A DNA stretch of 64,000 bases from an uncultured Planctomycetaceae bacterium (GTDB lineage Bacteria; Planctomycetota; Planctomycetia; Planctomycetales; Planctomycetaceae): the NCBI GenBank assembly GCA_963815195.1, contig CAWFGE010000012.1:1-64000 (forward strand), written 5' to 3'. The first letter of the stretch is position 1, and each line of letters starts with the position of its first letter. Below the pieces are notes generated by a model, which was not told the DNA's origin, did no database searches, and saw nothing but the letters and a program-made list of their open reading frames with translations. Shown piece after piece: positions 9,318 to 20,285 of the stretch. Made by a program: the position numbers and the translations under genes.

Positions 9318-10053
9318 GTTGAATCTCCTGTATTAAGGTTGGTTTCAAGCATCTGCCGGACTTCAATCAGTGATCGAATTGCTGCCTGATGGCGTGTTTC
9401 CGCTCCCGCCAACCGCCGTTCCCACCGGCGGGCGATTGACTCCTTGGGGTGCGGCTGGGAGAAGCCCAGCTGGCAGACGGCAGCGTCCAGCATGGTGCTA
9501 AGAATCTGGTCGACCAGCATCTGTTCGGGAAGCGAATTGCCCTCGACGAGCAGACTCCTCACGCTTCTCCGCGAGCGTCTGTCTCAGCGATTCTTTTACG
9601 TCGATGGCTCCTCCAGCGGCCGGCTCGATCAGGTAATGCTTCTCTAAGTTGTGGATTCTCCTTGAGCAGTTCTCGAAGTTCGGCGAGAGCTTGCCGGTCT
9701 CCATCGGCGGCATCCGCCACCAAGGCTTCATAAGCATCAGGCGAAAGTCGGATGTTGGGCATAGGGAGTCTCCTGACCTTGGGTCGGTTGGCTCGTTTCC
9801 ATCGTTTACGAAGATTGCGCACCGCTCGGTTGGCCGACGAATGAATCAGTTGCAAGCAGCCGTCCATCGTCTCCATGATGCTCAATTCGTGCTCGGTTTT
9901 TCGTTGCTCCGCCTCACGGGTCGCCTTTTCAAGTCGCTCTGACTCCAGCAGGGTCTGGACGACCGGGTCGGAGCAGGGGCCCAGGTAGGTTCGGCGCACT
10001 CGTTCCCCCTCTCGTATCGAACGGTAGACAAAGCTCGATTTTGAATTGGACAT
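9314..10053 (-). pseudogene. Hypothetical mobile-element protein(s), fragmented over three frames
   Basis: ORFs 9559..10053, 9498..9737 and 9314..9562 look like consecutive pieces (YRSIREGERVRRTYLG; ADGDRQALAELRELL; EQMLVDQI...RHQAAIRSL); strong GGAGGAAGG SD. Confidence 0.5.
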
Positions 10054-10114
10054 GTACTACCTTCCTCCCTCGCGCGGCCGCGTAGTTCGTGGGTGCAGAA
10101 GTCCTCGAAATCGA

Positions 10115-10966
10115 CTACCCAGCTTGTGCGTATTTCCTGTTTTCGCAAATGTCAAAGTCTTCCTCGCCCGCGCCGGGAATGATGGACTCCTCGAACCCCT
10201 CGTTTTCGGGCTCGTTCCACGTGATTTCCGCTAGGATTCGTGCGCGATTCTGCAAAACGGTGGTCCCAACTGTCGTCGATTTGATGACCGACGACGATTT
10301 TCCCAGGATAAAGGGGCTCAGCTTCCACAGAGTTCGCAGGGACTGAATCTCAAACGGCAGTTGATGCACTCGAATCAGATGCTTGATCCATGCTCTTTGA
10401 CGACCGACTTCGGTGCTGAGATCGTGGTGTTCCTCCTGGTGTTTCAGGTAATCCAGCCACGCTGGAATGATGGCGGGACCATTCTTCCAGACAGACAAGA
10501 GTAGTAGGGTTTCGACGCTCGGACCCTGGTCAATCGGGAGACCGATTGCCACACGACGCACCCAGACCGTAGCCTTTATCCGGGGTCGGACGTCGAAGAA
10601 CAACGCGACGAAGGTGGCGACCGTTCGGCTCGGCAGCCCGAGCAGCCTTGCGATCACCTGATCCGACTGACCGGCCAGAACCCGAGCCCGGAGTTCAAGA
10701 ACCCGATTTGAGTCTTCCTGCTGAAGGCGTAGCGCCCAGTAAATGTCGGGGTAATCCATAGCGGCCCGACGAACCGCACGATCCGTCCGTGCCCGCTCCA
10801 GTTGGCGGGTGCAACGGACGGCGCGCTGAACCATTTTGCCGTCTCGGCGGATGGTGGCATAGCCTCCCTGCTCGATGATCTGACAGGATCGACGCCATCG
10901 CCAATCAGGCGTTATCCAAGGTGTATCCGTTCCGAAAAATTCCAGATCCTCAGCCACAAAGATCAC
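10115..10966 (-). CDS. Hypothetical protein with an HTH-like segment
   Basis: PDWRWRR N-terminal motif; GQSDQVIARLLGLPSRTVATF resembles an HTH. Confidence 0.6.
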   Translation of the reverse strand: MIFVAEDLEFFGTDTPWITPDWRWRRSCQIIEQGGYATIRRDGKMVQRAVRCTRQLERARTDRAVRRAAMDYPDIYWALRLQQEDSNRVLELRARVLAGQSDQVIARLLGLPSRTVATFVALFFDVRPRIKATVWVRRVAIGLPIDQGPSVETLLLLSVWKNGPAIIPAWLDYLKHQEEHHDLSTEVGRQRAWIKHLIRVHQLPFEIQSLRTLWKLSPFILGKSSSVIKSTTVGTTVLQNRARILAEITWNEPENEGFEESIIPGAGEEDFDICENRKYAQAG

Positions 10967-11586
10967 CTCCGATTCAGAGCAATGTGTGGATTTCGGCTTC
11001 GGCCCTTTTCGTCCGGTTTTGATTGCAGCATGATTCCCGCCTTGTCGCCGATACGATTGGCATCCGCCTCGGTGATGTGATCCTCATAGAGGAGGTACCG
11101 GAGTTTCCAAAGCCACTGTTCCCGCTTGGCCCGGTCGTGGAGGGCGAGGAACAAATCAGTCGCATACTGACTCCACAGATCCCAACGCTTCTCGCCATAG
11201 ACATTTTCGAGCCAAACACGACCGGCGGCATCCGGGACACAACCATCGCGGACGACCTCCCAGTTCATGCGATCGTTGAAGGGCTCGCTCCAGACATCCT
11301 CGACAACATCGGGCTGGATCTGATTGATCAACTCGTCGAGCCGATCCTCAAGGAGAACGTCGGGGAAAACGGGGCAGAGCATCCCATAGGTTGGTACGCC
11401 CGCATCCTGCAACCGGTGCAGGGCTTCGATCCTCGCAGTCGGACTGGAAGTCCCCATTTCAACACAACGAGCCCACTCGTCGTTGAGGGTCCCAATCGAG
11501 AGGCCAACGACGAACCTGTCCCGGTGCTCGCTAAAAAATCGCAGCCATTTTTCGGAGCCGACGACTGCATTTTTGGGCAATCCCAC
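10963..11586 (-). pseudogene. C-terminal half of a spore-photoproduct-lyase-like radical SAM protein; CxxxCxxC part missing
   Basis: VGLSIGTL...EMGTSSPTARIEALHRLQDAGVPTYGMLCPVFP; no cysteine triad. Confidence 0.55.
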
Positions 11587-11702
11587 ACCGCAACTTGTGA
11601 CCGAGCAGATCAGTGCCGGTCAGGACTCAAACAGCATGCTCGACGCTTACGCTGCGCGGCGCAGCAAGGCAGGGAGCAAACACAAGAACAGGAGATGGAA
11701 CG

Positions 11703-11897
11703 ATGAATTCAGCTCAGTTTTTCAATCTGGTGCTCTTCGGTGTGCTGGTGTGGATGGTCTACATGATGACCTTCCGCACAAAGGACTGGCTCGATCTTGA
11801 GCAGTCCAACCGGGAACGCAATGACAGAATCATGAAGGGCCTGGGGCATGCCGCCAAGGGCAGCGCCTGGCTTTTGGGCCGCTTCTTCAAGAAGTAG
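11703..11897 (+). CDS. Small membrane protein (64 aa)
   Basis: AGGAG SD; N-terminal hydrophobic helix. Confidence 0.55.
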   Translation: MNSAQFFNLVLFGVLVWMVYMMTFRTKDWLDLEQSNRERNDRIMKGLGHAAKGSAWLLGRFFKK

Positions 11898-11987
11898 GAC
11901 TGCCGCCACTTTCTTAAGACTTGTTTTCAATCATTGTCACGGGCGGGATACGTTCGTCCCGCCCTCTTCCAGCGAAGGATAAAAATT

Positions 11988-12194
11988 ATGGATGGGTACA
12001 TCCCTCTGATTGCGTTAGGCGCGTTTGCGTTCGTGGTTGCCGCCTGGGAGCATGTCTCCGAACAGCGGCGCATCAAACAGTTGCTTGATGAGAACGACCG
12101 CATGTGGAACGAGATCATCAACAAGCACCAGAAGACGATCGCAGAGGCGTATGAACAGGGCAATGCCTGCCACTTTACGATCGAACGCGATTGA
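11988..12194 (+). CDS. Small membrane protein (68 aa)
   Basis: AAGGA SD; N-terminal hydrophobic helix followed by a coiled segment. Confidence 0.5.
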   Translation: MDGYIPLIALGAFAFVVAAWEHVSEQRRIKQLLDENDRMWNEIINKHQKTIAEAYEQGNACHFTIERD

Positions 12195-12212
12195 GTCGTT
12201 TCATGCCCATCG

Positions 12213-12449
12213 TTGATACAGGACTGCCAGCGTGCCGCACTCAAAGGTTCAGCTCGAATACGATCCGCCTCTGCCGCCGGGGGTTTCGCCCCCCGTGCGC
12301 CGAGCTGGATTACGGCTGATCTGATCGAGCTTACGCTTAAGACCTGGCAACCCTTTTACGAGACGCAGTTGACCCCGGACGATGCCCTCGCGATCATAAT
12401 AGAAGTAGGTCGCTTATTTGAGGCACTCTCCGGGGGAACTGAGTCATGA
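12213..12449 (+). CDS. Small hypothetical protein translationally coupled to the integrase
   Basis: PSWITADLIELTLKTWQPFY motif; stop overlaps the integrase ATG (ATGA). Confidence 0.55.
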   Translation: MIQDCQRAALKGSARIRSASAAGGFAPRAPSWITADLIELTLKTWQPFYETQLTPDDALAIIIEVGRLFEALSGGTES

Positions 12450-13917
12450 AACGGTTCGTCGCCCTCGCCCGCGTCAGCAGCCGCGAGCAGGAACGCGAAG
12501 GCTTCTCGCTCGAAATTCAAGAGGATGCGCTGCGGCGCTACGCCGCTCAGCATGAAGGCGAAATCGCCAGGCTGTTCAAGATCGCCGAAACGGCAAGCAA
12601 GTCTGATGAGCGGAAGACCTTCCGCGAACTGGTGGCGTATGCCAAGAAGCACTGCGCCGAACTCGACGGGCTGCTGGTCTACAAAGTGGACCGTGCAGCG
12701 CGTAACCTCTTCGACTTTGTCGAGCTTGAGCGCCTCGAATCGGAATACTCGCTGCCCTTCATCTGCGTCTCGCAGCCGACGGACAGCAACCCGGCCGGCC
12801 GGATGATGCGCCGAACGCTCGCCAACATGGCGAGCTTCTACACCGAGCAGCAATCGGTCGATGTCCGCGAAGGCCTGGCCCGCCGCGTCAAGGAAGGCTG
12901 GTTTGTCGGCCTGGCGCCGTACGGCTACAGGAACGTCCGTAAGGACGGCAGGGGCATTGTCGAGGTCGATCCCCTCCCCGCTGCCAATGTCCGCCGGATG
13001 TATCACCTGTACGCCTATGAAAATCTGACGCTCGACGGGCTGGTCGAGCGGGTGAACGCCGAAGGAATGGTTTTCAGGCGGTCGCAGGCCGAGTTTCCAC
13101 GAAGCTCTGTGCATAACATTCCGAAAGATCGTGCATATATCGGAGAGATTCTGCACAAGGGACAGTGGTATCCGGGCAAGCATGAACCGCTGATTGACCG
13201 CGTGACATGGGATCGAGTGCAGACCCTGCTTGGCGGGCAGAACTACCAGAATCACGCCCTCACCTACGCCGGGGAATTCATCACCTGCGCCCATTGCGGC
13301 CATCCGATCAGCGGCGAGTGCAAGACGAAAATGACCAAGTCAGGCCCGCGATCATACGTCTACTACCGGTGCGCCAGGTACACCAAACCCGGTCACCCGC
13401 GTGTGCGCGTGCCTGAGGCGGAATTCGACCGGCAGATACTCGCCCTGTTTGACCGCATGCGCATTGACGATGACTCGGTGCGAGACTGGTTCCGGGCAGT
13501 GCTCGCGTCACAGACGCGTGACGCACAAGCGGACTCCCTCGCCCAGCGGTCGGAATTGCAGCGTCAGGAGACGCTCCTGGTTCAGCAGCAGGACCGGTTG
13601 CTCAACATGCGACTGGCCGATGACATTGGCCAGCAGGTGTTTGCCAGCAAGAGCACAGAACTGCGTGATCGCCTTTCGTCAATCAAGCTGCAGCTTGAGG
13701 CCGTCGATCGTTCACACGACGAAACGGCGGAGCTGGCAGCGAAAGTGTTTGAACTTTCTCAAACGCTTAGAAGCCAATGGCTTAGGTCCGATTACGATGC
13801 AAAGCGTCGTATCCTCGAAATCGTGTGTTTGAACTGCACGCTCGACGGCGCAACTCTTTGCCCCACAATAAGAAAGCCCTTCGACGTTCTCGCCGAAGGG
13901 CTGATTTCTGAAAATAG

Positions 13918-13936
<19 letters not shown>
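12446..13936 (+). CDS. Serine integrase (recombinase family), 496 aa
   Basis: ARVSS catalytic motif, [27 protein letters not shown]...YYRC Zn ribbon; abuts a tRNA. Confidence 0.93.
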
Positions 13937-13991
<55 letters not shown>

Positions 13992-14308
13992 GATGATGTT
14001 TGTTCCAAGGCCTCAATTGTGATTTATTTCTGACACACTTGAGCTTTCCTTAGGGAATTATGTGGTCAAAGCGGAATTGTAACGGATGTCCGCGACCGGA
14101 TACAAGTCTGGCTCGTCTATTTGTGCTTTGCGCATCGGCGATGGGAAGCCGATGCCGCCATTGGCCATTGGCGGTTGGCGATTGCTCCTTTCGCCGTGAG
14201 AACTCGCCGGGATTTGCTCGACGGTTTCGGGCGGTTCGCGAACGGGCGATTTGCTCGGCCCGGTGAGAACTCAGCGAGATTGGCCCGGCGGTATCGGGCT
14301 CGGGCGGG

Positions 14309-15285
14309 TTAGTCGCTTTCGCGGCGGGGGAGGTGTGCGACGAGCGTCCAATAGTTCGCGAAGCGAATGGCCATTTCGCGGAATCGTTCAAACTGCGGCG
14401 GTTTTTCCAAAAACGCACAGGCCCCGCGGCTGTACGATTCCCAGATGTCCTCTTCGTAGCGGCTGGCGGTGAGCATCACCACCGGCAACGTCCGCAAGGC
14501 TTCGTCCGATTTGATCTCATCGAGCAGAGCAAAGCCGGTTTTTCGCGGCATGTGGATGTCCAACACCACCAGGTCCGGCAACCGCCTCCTTTGGAACGGT
14601 CCCTGGCGGCGGAGATACGAAAGGGCCGCTTCCGCCTCGTCCAGAATCTCAGCCACCTCGATGTGCTTCGCTTCCCGCAAGGATTCCCGGAACAGCGTGG
14701 CATCGTCGTTGTTGTCGTCCACCATCAGGATCTCCACGGGACGGCGGGAGAAACATGGCGCGGCGGAATCGGACTGCGGGGAACGTTTCCTCGGGGACGG
14801 CGATGTTGTTTCGGGGGGGGTGGAGAAGAACTCCTCCTTCGGCGGAACCCGCGCGACGGATCCCCAATATTCGCCCAAGTGAAACGCCAGGCGCTCGAGC
14901 TCTTGGGGGTCGGCGGGCTTCTTGACTGCGGAGCACAGCGAAAACTCCGGCGCACGGTCCAATTCGTTCAAGGCGTTTTCATCGCCCAGGACGATCAAAG
15001 GAATCCCGGCAATTCGGGATGGGTTTTGATCCGTCCTAACAAGTCCGCGACGGTGGAACAGCCGCCGGCCGAGGAGCCGGAAGCCTCCACCAACAGCAAA
15101 TCGGGCTTGGCGAGACCTTGGGCTTGTGTTCTTTCCGTCAGAGAGGCAGAGGCCTTGCCGGTTTCCATCACATCCCGGACGCGCAGCTGGGGCGAACCGG
15201 CGAAGGCTTGCCGAAGCAGTTCCCCGTTGTCCTGCGCATTGGCAATCAGCAGGGTATCAATGATTCGATCCGACGGATCGCGCAT
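14309..15285 (-). CDS. Response regulator with a degenerate N-terminal receiver and an Rcp1-like receiver; frameshift near 15005
   Basis: ILMVDDN, PDLVVLDIHMP, PVVMLT, FLEKP; adding one G joins HPELPG to IPLIVLGD. Confidence 0.75.
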
Positions 15286-15611
15286 TGGGTTCCGAAGGTT
15301 AAAGAGGACGTTTACAAAACCGAATCACCGTGCGCGATTTAGCGCCGGAAAACCCGAAATCCGAATCCGTTTGAATTATTCTTAACTTTGGCGACTGGAA
15401 AGGCAAGTTGGCTTTACGACCCGTCTGGCTCCGAAATCGCCTTTCACGGATCCGCCGGGCGTTTCCCTGCGGTCGGGCCCGAAGCTCGAATCCGGAGATT
15501 GCTTGTGCTTTGATGGAAGTTGTGTAACAGTGGGGTTCCACAGATTTCGCAGTCGGAGTTCGTCTTCATAAGCCAAGAATTCTTAAGCCAAAAAACCGAC
15601 GGGGGAACCCG

Positions 15612-18599
15612 ATGGAATTACGCCGGCTCTTGTTCGCACTGACGGTTTTCGGGAGTGGTTTTCCGCTGGGCTTCCTCCAGGCGGAGGACGCCGCTCCTCA
15701 ATGGATTTGGGCGGGGGGTTCCCGCGGCGCGGCTCAAACGATCTTTCTGCGGACGGAGTTTTCGATTTCCAGCCGCGTGGTCCGGGCGGAGTTTTGCGGA
15801 GCGGCGGACTTTGCCGATGCCGCGGTTTCTCTCAACGGACATTCCCTAGGCGACATTGCCAATTACGGTTCGCCGCTGTGGACCGATGCGGCGCGTTGGG
15901 TTAATCGAGGCCGCAATGTGATCGCCGCGCGGTGCCAAGGTTCCGACGGTCCCTCGGCCCTTGCGATCCGCCTGCAGTTGGAATTGGCCGACGGAAGCAC
16001 GCAATTTGTGTTGTCGGATCCAACCTGGTCGGTCAGCCGCGAGCTGGAGAAAGGTTGGAATGCAGTCGCCTTTCAACCGAAGACTCGTTGGGCGAATGCC
16101 CAGAGTTTCGGCCGGGCCTTAGAGGAAATGCTGCCGCATCCCGAAGTGGACGCGGCGATCAATCCGCTGGACGATTACACACAGTGGAAGCAGGCCTTGG
16201 GCACGGACGAAGGCACTGACCCGTCGAAGTTCTCGTTGACCGAAGGCTTTGAAATCGAACGCGTGCGTTCCGCACAGGCGGGCGAAGGATTCTGGGTGAG
16301 CATCGAATTCGATCCCCGAGGCCGGTTGATCGTGGGCCGGGAGGATCGCGGGTTGTTGCGGATGACGATCCCACCCAACGGCAAGGCGGTCCACGTGGAA
16401 TCGATCGACACAGGAAACGAGGAACTTTTGGAATGCCGGGGACTCTTATGGGCCCATGACAGCCTGTATGTCTCGGCCAACAATTCCAAAGGGCTTTACC
16501 GGCTCCGCGATACCGACGGCGATGACCGGTTCGATGACGTGAAACGGATTTACGAGTCCGCGGGCGGCGTCGGGCACGGGCGGAATGATTTGGGGCTCGG
16601 GCCGGACGGGAAGGTTTACCTCATTACAGGGGATGCGGTCGATCTGCCGAGGAAACTCAAGGATCGCACGTCTCCCTTTCGCGAGCATTCGCAAGGTCGG
16701 CAAAGCCGGGAAGGGCACGTGCTGCGGTTCGATGCGGACGGCGGGCACGGCGAACTCGTGGCGGCGGGGCTGCGGAATCCTTATGGAATCGCATTTCATC
16801 CGAATGGAGAATGTTTCACGTACGATGCCGACGCCGAGTACGACATGGGCTCGCCCTGGTATCGTCCCACGCGGATCGTGCAACTTACCGTTGGCTCGGA
16901 TTACGGCTGGCGGGGCGTGACGAAAAGCTGGCCGGCTTATTATCCCGATCACGCCGACAATGCCCCGGCGGTGCTCGACATCGGCAAGGGTTCGCCGACG
17001 GGCGTGAAGTTTGCCACCAAAAGCCGTTTCCCGCGGGCGTACCGGGAATCGCTGTTCGTCTCGGATTGGGCCTATGGCCGCATCTTGCAGGTCGAATTGA
17101 CGCCGCGCGGGGCCGGTTTCGTCGGCCGGGCGAGGACGTTTCTCAAAGGGCAGCCGTTCAACATCACCGATCTGGATTTCGGTCCGGACGGGGCGATGTA
17201 CGCGGTCACCGGCGGCCGCAAAACGCAGTCGGCTCTCTATCGCATCCGCTATGTCGGCCCGAAAGTCGATGATCCCGAACCCACGCCCCAACAAACCGCC
17301 CGCGCCCGGCAGGCGGAATTGTCTCGGAAACTTGGGCAGCAATTGGAAGCCTTGCAAACCGAAACAAACCCCGAGCAGGTCCTCGCCGCGGCGTGGCCTT
17401 ATCTCGACAGTGCCGATCCGCGGATTCGTTACGCCGCGGGGATCGCCATCGAGCACCAGCGGGTTTCGCAATGGAAACAAAAAGCCCTGCGTGAAACCCG
17501 GACGACGGCGGCACTCGCCGCGCTATTGGCATTGGGCCGCGCTCCGAACGGCGGCTCGGAAAAGCAGATCCTCGATCGGCTTCTTTCATGGTCCATCCAG
17601 GAGATGACCCGTTCGCAACAATGGATGGCGCTTCAAACGTATCGGTTGTGTTTGGAGAAGATGCCCGCGATCGATGCAGAGAAAAAAGCCGCCATCGCTC
17701 GGCAACTGCTGCCGCTGTTTCCGAGTCCATCTTCCAGAATCAATATCACTCTCAGCCAGGTCTTGGCCCGGCTCGAGACGCCCGAACTCGTGCCGGCGAT
17801 CCTGAATTGGCTGCCTCAGGTCGAGGAGCAATCTTTGCGGCTGCACGGATTGTTTTTGCTGCGAAACGCCAAACACGGTTGGACCGGTGAACGCCGGCGG
17901 GACTATTTCAAGGCGCTCCTGACGATCCGCGAGTTTCGGGGCGGCGAAGGGATGCCGACGTTTGTCCGCCGGATCGAAGCCGATGCACTCGCGAACCTGA
18001 CCGATGCGGACCGGCACACGTTTGAAGAACTCCTGGCCCGCAAGGATGTCGCCGAGCCGCTGCCCGTTCAGAATCGCCCCTTCGTGCGGAAATGGATGAT
18101 CGACGACTTGGCAGCCGGCCTCGCCAGCGCGAAGGGCGGCCGCGACTTTGAGCGCGGCAAGCGGATGTTCCGCGAAGCCTTGTGCATTCGCTGCCACCGC
18201 GTCGGTTTCGATGGGGCGGCGGTGGGGCCGGACCTGACGTCCGTCGGCCGGCGATTCAGCCGCCGGGATATTCTGGAATCGATCCTGACGCCGTCGAAAG
18301 TCGTCGCGGAGCAATATCGGCTCGCGAAGATTATCACCACCGACGGCAAAACCTTGACCGGCCAGATCATCCCCGGGCGGGATTATCGCTCCCCGGTACT
18401 CGAGCTTGCGACGAAGCCGCTCGAGCCTTATGAAGTCACGGAGATTCCCAAAAGCCAGATCGAATCCTCGACCCTCTCCGAGACCTCTGTCATGCCGACC
18501 GATTTATTGAACAGCTTGTCGAAGGAAGAGATCCTCGAACTGCTGACATGGTTGGAAGCCGGCGGGAATCGAAAGCATCCGAACTATCAACAGGAATAA
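15612..18599 (+). CDS. PVC-type membrane-bound dehydrogenase-like protein with C-terminal c-type heme domain
   Basis: Signal peptide, DTDGDD, GLRNPYGIAF propeller, HEAT-like middle, CIRCH and VGPDLT. Confidence 0.85.
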   Translation: MELRRLLFALTVFGSGFPLGFLQAEDAAPQWIWAGGSRGAAQTIFLRTEFSISSRVVRAEFCGAADFADAAVSLNGHSLGDIANYGSPLWTDAARWVNRGRNVIAARCQGSDGPSALAIRLQLELADGSTQFVLSDPTWSVSRELEKGWNAVAFQPKTRWANAQSFGRALEEMLPHPEVDAAINPLDDYTQWKQALGTDEGTDPSKFSLTEGFEIERVRSAQAGEGFWVSIEFDPRGRLIVGREDRGLLRMTIPPNGKAVHVESIDTGNEELLECRGLLWAHDSLYVSANNSKGLYRLRDTDGDDRFDDVKRIYESAGGVGHGRNDLGLGPDGKVYLITGDAVDLPRKLKDRTSPFREHSQGRQSREGHVLRFDADGGHGELVAAGLRNPYGIAFHPNGECFTYDADAEYDMGSPWYRPTRIVQLTVGSDYGWRGVTKSWPAYYPDHADNAPAVLDIGKGSPTGVKFATKSRFPRAYRESLFVSDWAYGRILQVELTPRGAGFVGRARTFLKGQPFNITDLDFGPDGAMYAVTGGRKTQSALYRIRYVGPKVDDPEPTPQQTARARQAELSRKLGQQLEALQTETNPEQVLAAAWPYLDSADPRIRYAAGIAIEHQRVSQWKQKALRETRTTAALAALLALGRAPNGGSEKQILDRLLSWSIQEMTRSQQWMALQTYRLCLEKMPAIDAEKKAAIARQLLPLFPSPSSRINITLSQVLARLETPELVPAILNWLPQVEEQSLRLHGLFLLRNAKHGWTGERRRDYFKALLTIREFRGGEGMPTFVRRIEADALANLTDADRHTFEELLARKDVAEPLPVQNRPFVRKWMIDDLAAGLASAKGGRDFERGKRMFREALCIRCHRVGFDGAAVGPDLTSVGRRFSRRDILESILTPSKVVAEQYRLAKIITTDGKTLTGQIIPGRDYRSPVLELATKPLEPYEVTEIPKSQIESSTLSETSVMPTDLLNSLSKEEILELLTWLEAGGNRKHPNYQQE

Positions 18600-18632
18600 G
18601 GTTCGATGACGACAACGCACCCGGCGTTTTTT

Positions 18633-18686
18633 GTAGCGCGGCTTCCAGCCGCCGAGATCGATCGACGGCGGCAAGATGCCGCCGCT
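18633..18686. repeat. Short REP-like palindrome
   Basis: TAGCGCGGCTTCCAGCCGCC ... GGCGGCAAGATGCCGCCGCT inverted pair between genes. Confidence 0.45.
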
Positions 18687-18710
18687 CCGTTGTAATAGGC
18701 ACCGACTCGC

Positions 18711-20064
18711 GTGGCTGATGAGATGACCTATCTGGCGGAACCGCCCACTGGAGTTCGTTACCGGACCGTGGCCTGGCTGTCGGTGGCGGCCGTGCTGGCC
18801 TATCTCTGCCGAAATTCGATCGGGGCGGCCGAAAGCACGATTCGTTCCGGCTTGAAGTTTTCGGAATCGGAGTCGGGCTGGTTTCTGGGGGCGTTCTTTT
18901 GGACGTATGCCCTGTTTCAAGTTCCCGCCGGGGCGCTTGGAAAACAATACGGCACGCGGGCGGTGCTCGCCGGGAGCGCGGTGCTCTGGTCGCTGGGGAT
19001 CGCCTTGATCGGCCTCGCTCCCAACCTGCCCACCCTGATTATCGCCCAGGCGTTGATGGGTCTCGCGCAGGCGGCGGTGTTTCCCTGCGCGGTGCAGTCC
19101 GTGTCCGTCTGGATCCCGAAAGCCCGTCGGGCCTCGGCTTGCGCGGCCCTCACCATCGGCATGCAGATCGGTGCGATCCTGGCCGCCGTGTTGACGGGCC
19201 TCCTGATCGAACGCTGGGACTGGCGGCTTGTATTCCTCGCGTATTCCGCCCCCGGAATCGTCTGGGCCGTCGGCTTCTTTTTGAGCTTTCATAATCATCC
19301 CGACGAAGACGCGTCACTCAATGCGGCGGAGCGGCGTTTGATCGATGAGAGCGGCGATGAGGATGCCGATGCCGATCCCAATCTCGATGCCGATCCCGAT
19401 TCGCCATCCGACCCGGGGCTCGGTACCGAACGAATCTGGTTCCAAATCCTGACGAATCGTTCGATCCTGTGTCTCTGCGGGCAGCAGATGTTTCGCGCGG
19501 CGGGCTACTCGTTTTTTGCCCTCTGGTTTCCGACGTTTCTGCAGGAAACCCGCGGGGTGGAGATTGTGAAATCGACCTTTCTCCAAGGGACGGTTTTTAC
19601 CGCCACGCTCTTTGGCGGCTTGTACGGGGGCACGCTCGTCGATTCGATCTATAAACGCACGAATAATCTCCGCTGGAGCCGTTCCGGCGTCGGGGCCGCG
19701 TGCATGTTGTTGTGCGGGCTGTTGATCTTTTTGCGCCTACTTCGCCGAGAGCGCCGATGCGGCGGTAGCGCTCTTGGCCGTCGCGGCGTTCACGGCGGCG
19801 CTCGCGGGGCCTTGTGCGTATGTCGCGACGATCGACCTCGGGCACGAGCACGTGTCGTCGGTGTTCGGCTTGATGAACATGATGGGCAATCTCGCCGCCG
19901 CCGCGACGCCGGTCGCCATCGGTTACCTGTTTAAGTCTACGAACGATTGGAATATCGTGCTGGCTTTGTTTGCGCTCGCTTATGGGTTGGCCGCCGTTTG
20001 TTGGGCACTCGTGGATCCGGGACAGGCTCTCTCGGCGGGCGAACCATTGGCGGACGGACAATGA
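18711..20064 (+). CDS. MFS transporter (ACS/D-galactonate-like), frameshift in a T-run near 19730
   Basis: AYLCRNSIG, FFWTYALFQVPAG, WRLVF; C-terminal VFGLMNMMGNL in another frame. Confidence 0.85.
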
Positions 20065-20285
20065 CCCTGGGATTCGCTCGCCGCGGGCGCCGCCTTGGGC
20101 TGTCTTGTCATGCCTCGCCGGGGCAAGATGGTGAAAAACTTCCCCCGTCAAAAAGCTCCGACAGCGCAAACCGATCGTAAGCGAATCTGCCCGTCCGTTG
20201 TGTGGGTCAATCGGCGGCTTTATACTTGAGCCTCACGCACAGACCTCCCCCGTTTCCTTCTGAATTGAATGCAAAGGAATTTGAC

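Noticed and set aside
1..13917. Second att copy (tRNA 3' fragment) delimiting the island
   Set aside because: Not found by eye; it is probably outside the window or too short to recognise.
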